From Paragordius varius (lineage: Eukaryota; Animalia; Nematomorpha): a stretch of 64,000 nt of DNA. The position numbers were made by a program, and so were the translations under genes. A model generated the notes under the pieces. The model had not been told where the DNA came from. It ran no database searches and was given only the letters and a program-made list of their open reading frames with translations. The stretch spans positions 9,238,001 to 9,302,000 of the forward strand of contig OZ176054.1 in assembly GCA_964247055.1 (NCBI GenBank), written 5' to 3'. How positions within the stretch are numbered: the first letter of the stretch is position 1; each line of letters starts with the position of its first letter. Below, piece after piece: positions 47,258 to 61,600 of this stretch.

Positions 47258-48186
47258 CAAGTTTTAATAAATCTTATTTTTTTCAAGCAAATATCTTTGA
47301 TTTAAAAAAATGTCAAATTTCGAAAACCAAAAGTTTTGCGCCTGCTTTTGTATTTTTTTCATAAACATACTATTGAATAAAGATTTCATGATCATAATTT
47401 TTATTTAAACATTCCCTTCAGTTTAAATGCCTTTATGTAATTTTTAAAAATATAACAAATGATCCTTTATAATAGGTATGACATATGAATATATAAAACT
47501 GTAAGGGGCGTAATTAATTTTCTTTTTGAGAATAATAGATACACATGCATAACGTAGTAGTAAATGTTTTAGAAAAATTTTGGACTGGAATGTTTTTGAT
47601 ATTAGGGTACAAAACTTTAAACCGCGCGTAAAGTTGAATCTAAAAAAAATAAAACCCAACCGCTGAACCGTGTCTGGCACCCTGATTAGTTGACATCACA
47701 TAAAACCTATAAAAAAAGTATTTTATTATTCCCAGAATATAAAATTGGGGCGTAGATAAATATATTCTTATTATCACATCAATGGTACTTAAAATAATTA
47801 TGAGGCCGCATTTATTGTTGCAGGGTGCACCACATTATAACAATATAAATATAATTTTATAAGTTTAATGGTTAATTGCTTATGCTAGCATACGTCGCAT
47901 TCCGCTTACGGTTGTGTTTAAGATTGAATGTCATTCGTCCATTTAAATAGATTTAAAAAATCAAATTTTAAAAATCTATAAAAACTAACCAAATATTGAC
48001 ACCCCACAAACTTAGCCGTGTGGGCAAAAATTTGTAATAATGTATTTAACTTGGATATTTGTAGATTAACATCTCTCTATAGTTGCACACATATAAAGCA
48101 GTGAGTGACCCTAATTAAATTTCAAAATGATTTGATATGGCCCACTAAGAAGTAACCCTATTTAAACATTAGCTATTCTTATAATA

Positions 48187-48482
48187 TACCATTTACAATT
48201 CGAATTCGCCCTTGAAAAATTCAACTTCATTCTCAAACAATTCAATTCACCCTAAAAGAAATTATGTGTATTTTGAAATTAAAAATTACCTATAGTTTAA
48301 TATATTTTTAAAAAATAAAATTTTGTTTAAAATTAAAATAATACTGACTATCCATAAAAATATATTTCATATTAATATTGAGTTATATTTATTCAAAAAC
48401 ACATATTTGTTTTTTAGGGTGAATTTGAATTCGAGGGCGAATCCGAATTGTTCAAGGGTGAATTTGAACTGTAAATGGTATA
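48187..48482. mobile_element. TACCATTTAC-family MITE
   Basis: TA|CCATTTACAATTCGAATTCGCCC ... GGGTGAATTTGAACTGTAAATGG|TA. Confidence 0.8.
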
Positions 48483-48708
48483 TATATATATATATATATA
48501 CTATATACTACCTTAGGAAAATTTTAGCTGTTCTATATCTCTGAAATCTATTGATATAACTGTTAATTGTATTGTACCCTTAATTACAAATATATAAAAT
48601 TGATAAAACATATAAATTATTTATATGAAAACGTTATCAAACAATTATTATTATTAATACAAAAATTATTTTGTAATAAATATTTATAAATCTGTGAAAA
48701 ATAATTTG

Positions 48709-51700
48709 ATGACCACACAATATTTTATTGTAACCATTGGGCCAAAAATGATTTTATTGTATCTCTTAATTTTAACCGAAACTTGTAAACCCTATAATAT
48801 ATTAGTAACAGACAAAAGCTTAACAACTTATTCTGAATTAAAAAACAATTCTTTATTTTTCTATAATTTGTCACTAAACATTACATATGAAAGTTATATC
48901 AAATTGCCGAATATATCTTGGATTATCCATTTGGATTCAAATCAAATTGAACATTTTATTCAAGGGATGTCAAATGATTTTCAAAAACTAAATCCCACAA
49001 TAAATAATAGTTTTGTCGATATTTTTATGCGGAATATAGAAAATAATAATAATTTAAAAATATCCAATTTTAATACATCATATAGCGCAGATGTCAGCAA
49101 TACCCATGTTGAAACAATCATATTTGATATTAGCATTCAAGCGGTAAATTTTCCAAGATATAAAAAGAAACATATTGATAATTATAACGCATTACAATGT
49201 CAGAAACAAACAAATTTATCTAATCACTCTGATAATAATGTTACAATTACAAACTTATCTACAAAAAATCCTGGTCTTATCATTGATTTATCGGGACAAA
49301 TTTTATGTTTATTCCATTTGTCACCGTTTCCAATATTGTTCTCCCAGTCATTTAACTCGTATTCAAGTTTACATTTGGCAAAAGTTATATTGTCTTACCT
49401 TAAATATCTTGAAGTTACATCAAACATTTCCAATGTTGGTATACTATTCAATCCTAGTTACATTACAACGCTGTGCCTTATTAAGGCTATTAATGAACAG
49501 TATCAATCTTCTGAGCAAAATGAAACGAAAAAAATATGGGGAGGTATAGATGGAAATATTTCAATTGTTCCATGTTGTGGATATATTGGAGGCCATAATA
49601 TACATTTAAATAGGGCCCTTATTTCTCTAAAACAACAAAATGCAAGTAAATAAATAAGACAATTAAATTACAGTAATAATTAAAATTATACGGACTAAAC
49701 GCGTAAAAATATGAAGAAATACAATTTTTCAAAAGCTAAAACCATACTTTTTTTAACTTTCACTTTTCATATTCAATTGTAAAATAAATAATTGATTATG
49801 TTACCAATATACATGTCTATCACTGTGTGCAAAAAAGAGGGTTAATTTTTTTAACAAAAAATTTTTTTTTCAAATAGCTTATGACCAGTGAATTATTTGC
49901 CGCAAAAATTTTAATTTGTTGATAACCTAGTTTTTGAAATATTAAAAGAAAATTGAAATCAGGCAAAAAGTGAAAATTAGGGATAATTAAGGATAATTCA
50001 AAAAATAATGATAGAAGTCGAGATATTATGGTTGATTATCATTTTAGGGAATAATTTCTTTATATAGGTAGCTTAAAATCATATAAATAGGGGTCCTATA
50101 AAATCTCAGTTTAAAAAAACACTTAAAATTTAAAAAGATTTTGTGAAACTATATTAAAATAATATTTTTTTATTTACTAGCTAAACTCACTAATTTTAAC
50201 ATTCATATCTTATTCAGTAAAAAAACTTCTATATCAAAATAAAACTAATGATTATTGTTTTTTATTTTTTATTTTTGTCATCTGGTTTATGAGTGTGTAA
50301 AAAATTTATACTGTTTTATTGGAATCTTACATGAGTGGGAGTTATAAAATATATAATTTAAAAATAGAATTTAAAACTAATGGAATATCAACAAACAATC
50401 CGTACAAATCCCTCTAACAGGTTTCTTTAAACACAAATTAATTTTCACTGGGATATATATGGATATTTGGTTGATTTTCCACTACTTTAAAATCCTATTT
50501 TATATTAATTATATACTTTATAACTCCCACTCATGTAAGATTCCAAATAAGTATAAAATTTTATAAACTCATAAACCAGATGACAAAAAAATGAAAAAAT
50601 AAAAACAATTTTTTAGTTTTATTTTGATATAGAAGTTTTTTTTACTGAATATGATATAAACGTTAAGAATTTAATAGTGAGTTTAGCTAGTAAATAATTA
50701 AAAATTATTATATTGTTTCATAAAATTCTTTTTGCCTTTCAAGTGTGTTAAATATGATTTTAGGCTATTTATGTAGAGAAAATATTTCCTATGATAATCA
50801 ACCATAATATATCAACTTTTTTTACGGCAAATTAATACGCTGGTCATAAGCTATCTCATGAATTGTTAAAATTTTTTTTGCACACAATGTTTTTTACTAT
50901 GTAACTCAAAACAATGAATTATATTCAAGATAAGAAAAGTGGCTCTTTTAAAAATATTAGTCTTTATATTTTTTTATTTTTTCCGTATAATTTCAATTTT
51001 TACTGTAAAATAAATTGTGTTGTTAAATGCAATGGGTAGTAAAAAATTAATTTATATGGAAATTTTTAACAATTACAAATTATATTGAATAATAACCTAA
51101 TAAATTTTATAAATAACAAATACCGACCAAACCGAATAAATATTTTGCGTTCGAATTGATTTAAATAATTTTTATAATATATAACAAATAGTTAAATTGA
51201 TAAATTCAATTAATTTTTGTATATTTAAATTTCGTGTCATTAATTCTATTTGTCAGATAGCAAAAACCTGCTTAAAAATATTTGACCGGTTATTTTTTTG
51301 GTAATCACGGTGAGGAATGTATGATTAAACCGATATTATTTAAATTTTAACATCAATTATTAAACAAACTCAAAATATTATTTGACCATTTCGCCGTCCC
51401 ATGATCACAATCCTATTTAAAAAAGTATTTAGAAGGTTGGATTTATTTATTATTTCGTTTGAAAGAATAATTAATTTCTTATTGTTTTCCCATGTTAAGG
51501 TACTTTCCTCTATTTCGGTGATATAAATGGTATCAACTCATTCATCAAAACTCTGAGGCAGTTGAACTTCCACAAAATCTATGACACAAAATTTTTAATA
51601 TTTGATGTTACTTTACAGCCGACTTCAATTCTTATTGGTAAACTTTACGTTTCATTATTTGAAATAATCTACCGTAAAAGGTAAAGAACTAGTATTATTT

Positions 51701-54700
51701 ACAAAGGAAACCACTATAATTTAACATTTCTTTAACATTTTCTATAATCTATTTTGGGTAAGTAAAAAAGGATTAAGATGTAAAAGCATAATTAATTATA
51801 TCAAATTGTAAACATAAAGTTTTATAAAAAAAATTTAAGGTCAATTAAAGAGATAAAAAAATATTAGTTCATTGCTTTTTACTATATGTAGTATCTTCTT
51901 TGAAAAAATATTAGTTGTATCATATTACATACATTTTTGTAGAACTCCTTAAAGTCTACAAGTCCACCCTTTATAAAATTCATTGGATTAAATTGTCTGA
52001 ATATGCGCCACCGCTTAGTATTACGATCGAGGTATGTTTTAATAATTATATAAAGTTTAATATGTTATTTAAACATTTGGTAAAAATCAAGATTTTCGGA
52101 GTAATAATTCTCTGAAACGATTGTAAAATATCTTATCGTGAAAGTAGCCAAACGACTGAATCTATGGTTGTATTAACTTAAATTGATCATTATAAAAACT
52201 TTATTATAATAAGGCAACTCCATTCCTTTTACCCTTAATGGATAGATACCGCGGTATACTAGCTTCAAAATTGGTAAAAATAATATAATGAAAGCTGTTT
52301 TGTCAAAATTTTAAGATATTACAGTGTATACCAAAAATATTTTAACAAAAAATTTTTTTCATGAGATAGCTTATGACCAGGGTATTCATTTGCCGCAAAA
52401 ATTTTTATTACCCTAGAGATAGGCATATGTGAAGAAGCCATCCAAAATATTTGAATAAAGATAATGAGTTCCGTTCAAAATTACATATTTTTACCAAAAA
52501 ACACGTAAAATCTTATGGGGGAATTGTAGTATTTTAATTGTTAATTTTATCAAAACATTTTTTATATAGGAAATCGTAATACAAAAAGGAAACGCTATGA
52601 CAAGTAGTGTATGGGATACGTTTGAAGTGATAACATTTTTACGCAATTCGACAAGCCGCAATCCAACATCTACCATTGTTTCCCGATTCCGGTATAATGA
52701 AAGTGAACCACAATACTTTACACCCCTTTTGGTAAACGGGTCAGCAGCTTTGGAAACATTTTCATTTTGGTTGTTGGATGATATGGATTATTGGGAACTA
52801 CAAAGAAAAAAACAAATTATGCAATCACGAATAAAAATTGGGTTATGTATACTTTTCGTGGTGATGGCTTTGGCTCTCCTACCATTTTTGGTGAAGTATG
52901 GACGGTAATTTTTTTCATATTCTTATAAGAAATAATACATTTATTTATCACTTTGATTCAAATTGGGGTATGTAAATACCCCAGACTACATTTAAGTTAA
53001 AATTTTTAAAAAACTACTGAAAGAAACGGTCCCAATTTAAATTTATGCTTCTATCCTAATAACAATTATATAAATAAGCCGAAATATCTAAATAAAACTT
53101 GGTTTTGAAAAAAAAGTTTCATATCCAACTACTTCGACGTCATTTTTATTTTACATTTTTGCAGAATATCGTGTTTATTTAATTTTAAAGCTAAAATGAA
53201 AGCTAATTTTTCATTTAAATCACATCTAACATTGATAGAAACAGAAAAAGTCGTTTATTTTGTATTGATGTCATGTTGACTAAATTTTTAGCTTGAGATT
53301 TTAATAAAAATAAGAAATATCAAATATTTTTGAATGAAATTTATATATTTCGGTTCATTGTTATAAATCAAATTTTTGCCATGGTTTCAATTCATTCCAT
53401 ATATTTTGAACTATTTAATTTAAACAGGTCTGGGGTGTCCAACTACCCCAATTTGAATCGAAGGACTGAAATGAATGTGTTGTATCCAATTGTTAAGCAA
53501 TAATTTATACCTTTCTTAGTGTTATTTCCTATAATCAATAAATATTTTTGGAAAAAGAGTATAAATTTTTTTTTTATTTTTAGAGCATATTTGAATAATT
53601 TAAACTACACATTATTTATTGACAATTTTTATTCTCTTCTGCTCCAATATTCGCGTAAATTACTAATTTTTGATTAAATTTTTTTGAGTGCATTTACGTC
53701 TTGTGATTACGCTCAGAAAATAACGCTTTTAATAAATAATTTTACTTAAAATAAATAAAATAATTTTTAGCTAAATTCATAGGCTCAAGGGAGACGCGAC
53801 CTAAATCAATTATCAAAGTAAATTTCACAAACCTCCCAATAATAGGCGTCACTTAAAATAATAAATTTAATACAGTAAAAAAAGTTATCTACTCTCTATT
53901 TTGATTTTTATCTTCAAAAGTTTAAGTGTTTTTTTTGGTAAATTATTTCATTAATACATTTCGATTGGAAATCGTTTTGATTGTTTTATTTTTTACTCAA
54001 AAATATCGACATCATTCATTAAAACGATATACATTTGACAATTTTTTAAAGGGGCATTTACTATATAATCAAATGAGGACAGGTAAGGCAATGCATAGAT
54101 AGGTTCTTACATAAAATATGTTATATAGAACTATCTTGTTTTAACTATTTATAAAATATGTGTTTTAAATAACGGAATTCGTAAATTTTAAAGGGAAAAT
54201 TTACAATTGAAAAAGTGTTGAACTAGCAAAATATTATTATAACTTAGTGAATGGTATTGAAAATAAAAAGTCTATGATAATGTTTTATATATATTTTTTT
54301 CAATTATTTAGCCAAATATGTGAAAAATATAATCAACGCTTCAATGCGGAAAACTGGTTCATAAATTTAGATGATATCATCATGAATACTGATGAAATGG
54401 AATCCCAATACTCTCTACTAAATCTCTCATATTACAAAGTATCTAGTCTTTACTTCAATACTCCAAAATTTTAGGCCTTCAACAAAATTCAAATGATTTA
54501 AATAATTAACCAAAAAAATTTTAAGTTACATGTAAAATCGTTTTTCACATTAAATAGATAAATGGATAAAATGTATTTTAAAAAAATTATTGATCGACGG
54601 ACGGCTTTACCATTCATAATAGTTATTATAAGCAAAGAATTTTATTTTTTAAAAATGAATTGCTACAAAATATAATCCTGAGATTGCCAAGAATACAGAT

Positions 54701-54735
54701 AATTATAGGCGAATCATTTTTGAGATTTTTAATTG

Positions 54736-54768
<33 letters not shown>

Positions 54769-57700
54769 AAAATTTTATTCGATACGTTATAAAAATACGA
54801 TTTCGCTTTCGTCATTTTACAAAAATTTAAGAGCGATGACTTCCCGCTCTTTCTTGCTATATTTTAATAACTACATATAATTGTTTCGTACAATATCTAA
54901 ATTTTAAACAATGTAATTTTATTCGTATATTAAATATCTAAATTACTAATAGATTATTGCTAGATTACGATAAAGACAAAAAGTCATTATTATTGGTTTT
55001 AAGTAGTTATTTTCTGCTTTTCACTCTTATTAGCCAATAATGGCTGTATGAAAAACAAGCAATGTTTTATTACTCAAACTGTAATATCTTAATATATATT
55101 AAATTACAGTCATGTTTCCTTTAATTTATCAAAAAAAATTTTTTTGTTAAATGGGTTTAAATATTTGGTAAAGAATGGAAAAAAACAAGAGCTCTATGGT
55201 AATTCTTATACTTTTTTGATGAATATGATACTGTTAATACCATGAAGCTCTTGTTTTTTCCATTCTTTACCAAATTATTTATACCCATTTAACGAAAAAA
55301 AATAAATGTTTGATAAAAAGAATACATATCCTGATATCGCGTTTTGAATATAATAATAATAGGATATCAAGTCGTCAAATGCATCGAAATCCCTTCAAAA
55401 TATTTATACAGCAGAATCTACCAAATCATACGGTTTATACAATGGACAAAAGGTTTAAATTAGCTTAAAGCTGCAATAAATTAAGAAATTAATTGTTAAC
55501 CGTTACTGTATCGGTGAAAATAACTAGTCCATTTTTTATTTTCATACCGATGATTAAATGACAGCGTTGTTAATATTCAACTTTTTGCTGGACTTCATGG
55601 ACAAATTTTCTGTAGGCTGAACTGTCTAAAGATAAATTGATCAGATTAACAACTTAATAATAATGGGATGTGTTTACAGTAAAATTTGAAATTGTACAAA
55701 GAAATGGTAAAAAACATACAGAAAAATTCTTTAGACACCCAAAACTTTTTTAAACCTTCGTATTTTGAAAATAAACTAAAAGTATTTATTTACATGTTAA
55801 AATACATGATTTATTACAATTTACATTTATATTCTTTGTGTCAATTTATATTTAAAAAAAATTAAACAATATGGTTGGTTCTCTTTTAAAATAATATTTA
55901 TCTTCTATTTTTGCATTTGTCTGTATATTTATTTTTACTGTATGCAGTTTTTTGGATTTCCAATTTTAACAAATTATTTTGAATTGTAGTAACAGAATAA
56001 GGATGGATTTACAATTTTTTTTCATTTATACTAATTTAGGTGTTTATTAAGCACATTCGCGCTAAATCCGTACAGATCGACAAATATTTGCTGAGAGAGA
56101 TAAGAATTTTAACACAATTCACCAACGAAAATTTGGTGGCCTTTGTGGGCATAAGCTTTACGATTAATCAAATAGCACTGATAACGGAATACGCTAGTCG
56201 TGGTAATTTGCAATTGGCATTACTAAGTGAATTATCAATGGATAAAGATTTCAAATTCTCTATCATTAACGATATTATAACGGTAAGATGTTGCAAATAA
56301 ATAATTTAGATAAAATTTAAATAAATTACATAAATTTATTAAATTAAAGTTTAAGCCAAAGTAAAAGCGCCTTAGCATATGTATAAGTTGTTATAAAATA
56401 TTTGAGAAATAAAGGATTATTGACCCCAATCTTAGCTGCTAATGAAAATCTAGTAACCGCGTTTGATTAACTTTTTTTCAAATTTGCACAGTGAGTTAAA
56501 TTTCTTGGTATTGTATTTATAAATCAAACAAAACGTTCATAAAATCATAGATTGATTATTGTTAGGGATTGAAGTATATTCACACTAGTCCCATACGGGT
56601 ACATGGTCATTTTCGATCAGACAAATGCGTGATTGACGAAAAATTTGTGCTAAAAATATGTGATTTTGGACTACCGACCTTACATTCCCTTCATGCTCAG
56701 GAAATTATTGGGCTCGAAAATATGGCTGAAACTATAGGCTCTGTACCCACACATGCCAATATATCGTCATCGTCTACGAAACAAAAAAATATTAAGGATG
56801 CCAAATTATATCACAAAAAATATGAAATGCGTAAACTATGGGTCGCACCTGAAATCTTACGGGTTCAAACGGATTTGTTCCACTGTAATGTTGTTTTATT
56901 TTTATAATAATTTTTGGTGTCCACAAATTTTTTATAATAAATTGCTAAAAACACAAACCGGAAAGTTATAACCAAGTTTGCTACCATAGGCCAAATTAAA
57001 ATGATTTAAGTTTTTTCAAAAAAACCCTTTCCTTTTTTAATATACTAACCGAGCTTCGGTTTACCACATACTCAAACTCGTTTAATACTTTTTTATTTTT
57101 TGCCAGGTTCATGATTTGAAATTAAAACTCCTTATTTATTTTATCATAAATATATTGTCTATAAACCTAGTTAATAATGTATTTTTTGTTTGGAATGAAG
57201 AATATAGAAACCAAAATAATTTTATTTAACTTCATGCGCGCTTTCTTGGATATAGACAATTGCTATAAAAGTCGATTTCTTAAAGGACTCGTAGTTTCCA
57301 AAGCACAAAGCACCATGAGAAAGCCAGATACATTTATCCTATATTATGATAATTTACCACCCGATTTTGTGCATTTTTATTTGAAGATATTTAAAAAAAA
57401 CGCTAGCTCAAACTTTTCCGAATCTTTTTTATATTAAATGACTGATTTTTCGAGTTAAATCATGATACATATTACAGATAGCTGGTAATATATTGATTAG
57501 TTCTAATGAGCGAGATATATGCCATTTGATTGATCTCGGCTTTTAGCATAATATTATTTTTTAAATTTTTTTCAGATTTAGCTATTGAATATATATGTAT
57601 CATTAGATTTTTTAGTAATCTATTCAAAGTTTTTACAGGATATAATTTATATATGATATGATAATAATAAAAAGGTTCACAAAAAGCCGATATTTACAGT

Positions 57701-58565
57701 TTTGCTATTGTTCTATCGGAAATTTTAACGAGAAGAGCTCCCTATTCATTTAATATTGAAGAAGCGCATGAACGCAATTTGGACAATAATGGCGTTGATT
57801 CAATGTCAAAAATAATTGAACGCATAAAACATGGTGGACGTCCCTTTTTGAGACCTACGATACCAATTACAAATGATACACCGGACGAAATTATGAGTTT
57901 AATTAGTAATTATAAGGACATATATAATCCTAAAGTAATTTTCATTATTGCAATTACTATTCGTAAAATAATATTTGATTCATTTCTACATTTAAGGCCA
58001 TAAATACAGTAAAAATTGAAATTATAAAGACAAAACGTAAAAACTTTTTCAAAAGATCACTGTACTTTGTTAATCTTAATTTTTTAATTATAAATAAGTG
58101 TTTTAAATTGCAAAATATGCAATGGAAATGGAAATTGGTAACATTAAATCTACATTTTACAATAATTAGAAATAACATTTGTCTTAATGATTTTACGTTC
58201 AGAAAAAAAAATCCGATAATCAATACTTAAATATTGCTAAAGCTATTAACGGTCAATAAGACGTATATTATGATAATAGGAATTTGTTGGGACGAGGATC
58301 CATCACTCCGGTATACAATGAATCAAATTGAAAGTATTTACCAAAACTTTCTAAAGATACACGATATAAGTGAAAACTACGTCGAAAATGTAATTATACG
58401 GTTGGAAAAATATTCCGAAACATTAGATGCCCTAATGTTGGAACGAACGACGGAGTTGGAAATCGCCAAAAACAAATCACAACAAATCCTATATAACATA
58501 CTGCCAAGGTATCTATTTGTGATTGCTTCTATTAGTGGTGGAAAGATTAAATATTGTTTATTGAT

Positions 58566-58605
<40 letters not shown>

Positions 58606-61600
58606 ATTTCGGAATATAAGAAAAATTGTTAATTGATCATAAATTTTGATTATGTTAACATATTACCCTTTACATAGGGTGAATTTACATTGAAACGCAT
58701 ATACAGTATGAGTAAGTATATATTGCTAGAAAGTTATTAATTAAATAGCATATGCAGCAAAAGAATTATTATTGGCTAATGATAGGAAAAAGTGAAAAAC
58801 TAACTATTGGTCAATAATACTGCCCTTTGTTGAATATGCTATTTGGCAATAATTAATTACTTTCTAGCAATTATACCTACTCCATTAAATACATGATAAA
58901 ATATAAATATTACAACAAATATTAAATTGTTTTTTCGTAGACCGGTGGCACAAACATTGTTGGAGGGTAGGAAAGTCGAACCAGAATATTATGATAATGT
59001 TTCGATTTATTACAATGATATTGTCAAATTTACCAACTTGTGTTCATCTCTCACGCCACTAGAAGTACTATATTATGATTTATACCTATACTGATTTAAG
59101 CGTTTCGTAAAACCTTTCATTTTCTTTAGGTTTCCATTATATTTATTCTGAGTCATTTTAAACAAGGAAGCTACGGTAAGATTGTAGCTTTAAAAACAAT
59201 GTTTAAAAATTTAGTATGAAAGATAATGTAATATTGACTAAATATTAATTAATTAAAATATCCTTTATTTATTATAGGAAACTAAACAAAGTTAAGATTT
59301 ATATTTATTAAATTATTTTATTAAAGCAAGCACTAGAAATCATGTTATATATGTCTAGTTATAAAACGGTTAATTGGTTTATGAATCTGGCCGGTACCGC
59401 CAAAACAATTTCGGCTTCCTTTTATTTTACCATGCCTATGTCACTTTTTTAAAAATATATAACCGGTATTTCAATTAAAACTATAGTTCTAATTTTGATG
59501 TTTAATTAATAAAAGCCATAATTATAAGAAAACATTATTGAATATAGAGTATAGTGTACATAATTTAAAACTGTTAAACGAGAACAATCAAGGCCCTTTG
59601 TATGAGGTCCTTGAAAAAGGCGTTGGACTGATTGAGCTAGCTCAAAAATAACATTAGATCTCAAGTTTTTATGTATGAAATTAAAATAAAATTTTAAGCC
59701 AAATAGTTTCAAAATTTTTCAGAAACTTGCAAAGAAAGAAAATATGCCTTTATAAAATGTATTGAGCCGGCTTATTTGATGGCATCTTTAAATGGGCAAA
59801 TATGATCAACAGCTTAATTACTTATATTTTACTGTATATCATAATGTGGAGAATATTTAATTTTAGTAACGGCTTAAATCTAAAATAATTTTATTATCGA
59901 ATAAATTATATTAACCAGATTATGGAATTTTTGGATAATTTGTACACCGAATTCGATAACATGATAGCTCAAATGGATGTTTACAAAGTAATGATTAAAT
60001 CTAATAATTAAAGTATTTAATAAATTCTAGTTAAGAAATATTTAATATAGGCACCTTAAAATAATAATTTATGAGTCGTTTGCGATTCGTCGAATAATAC
60101 AAATATTCATTTTATAATTATATGACTTAAAAGTTGAAAAGTTTCACTGTCCCCTTCAGTTTTTACTTGTCACATATTACTCAAAGCTAATATTTTATTT
60201 TTGAAATAGAAATAATCTAGGAATAAATATTTTCCAGAGGCGTAGCTAGGGGGAAGAAAGGTGGGCTGATGCACGGGCGTCATAGTTAAAGGGGTACCGG
60301 ATTTAAAACTTTTTTAATTTTATTTTAAAAAAATCACCCATTTATGATGAGTGTGTTCATGTCCACGGTTTAAATTTTATTATTTTTATAAAATTTAACA
60401 AGGGACGTCATCACGGATTCGTGCACCGGACGCCAGAAATGCAAGCTACGCCTTTGATTTTTATATTGACAAAAATGGTTTGATACTAGTTTAGGTTTTT
60501 AGTTTAATTGGTTTTTCAACCTCAATCAATGAATTGCCATTGTAAAATTGGTAAATTAGTAACTTTAAAGAATAAATCCTGTGCAATTTTATTTTAAATT
60601 AAAATCACTTTTCGGGATATATATATATATATATATATGATCTGATCTTTTTAATATATATCTATACATATATATATAATAAATTTAAATGATGTAGATT
60701 GAAACTATAGGCGACGCTTATATGATAGCTTCGGGTGTCCCTATCCGTAATGAGCAACGCCATGCTAATGAATTGTGTATAATGGCTATGAAAATTTTGA
60801 AAATTGTTCAGGATTTTCGTATCAAACCCAACATAATGGATGATACCGACGAATCAAATAAAATTAAAGTTAGGATAGGAATACATTCGGGTAAAAATTT
60901 AATGTTGAAAAAAAAAATGTTGGCTACGGATATTGGTATATAAAAGCAAATTTAAAAATAGGTTTTTCATTAGCTACAACATGATTAAGAGAAGGGAAAC
61001 CATCTGAAACATTTTAACAGCCCAAAATTATATTTAAGCAAACCAAAGTCATTAATTTTATATCATTTACTTTTATATTCTAATAAATAATATGTATTCT
61101 GAATCATATCATGATTGATATATAACCTATTAGTTATAAATGTTCATTGTTATTTTTCAATGCGACCCGCTAAATTTTTGGAACTGAAAATTCCGCCCTA
61201 GATTGATTTAATTTTTTTACTTAAAAATATATCGTATTTATTACCACAAATAACTGCATTAGGATGTTATTATAAGATTATAAAACCCATGATCATTTTA
61301 TATGCCAAGTTAACAAACTCAGAATTTTTATTTTGTTTTACAATATAGTTAATCCAAATATTTGTAGGTCCCTGTGCTGCTGGTGTTGTTGGTGATAAAA
61401 TGCCTCGATATTGTCTTTTTGGGGAAACGGTCCGTATAGCTTCGAAAATGGAATCACTTGGAAAGCGTAAGTGTTTACTAAATTTATAACATACGTAATG
61501 AGACGACATGGTAAAATACCATTATAAATAATATAGATTTGTAAAATAACCGCCCCTTCCTTCCCCGCCCGAAATTTATTAATTAATACAACTTTGATTG

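Noticed and set aside
49175-49549. 124-aa alternate-frame ORF inside guanylyl cyclase exon 1 (likewise 56753-56971, and antisense ORFs over CXXC1, DDX10 and the Ig gene)
   Set aside because: Shadow ORFs of real exons with no independent support.
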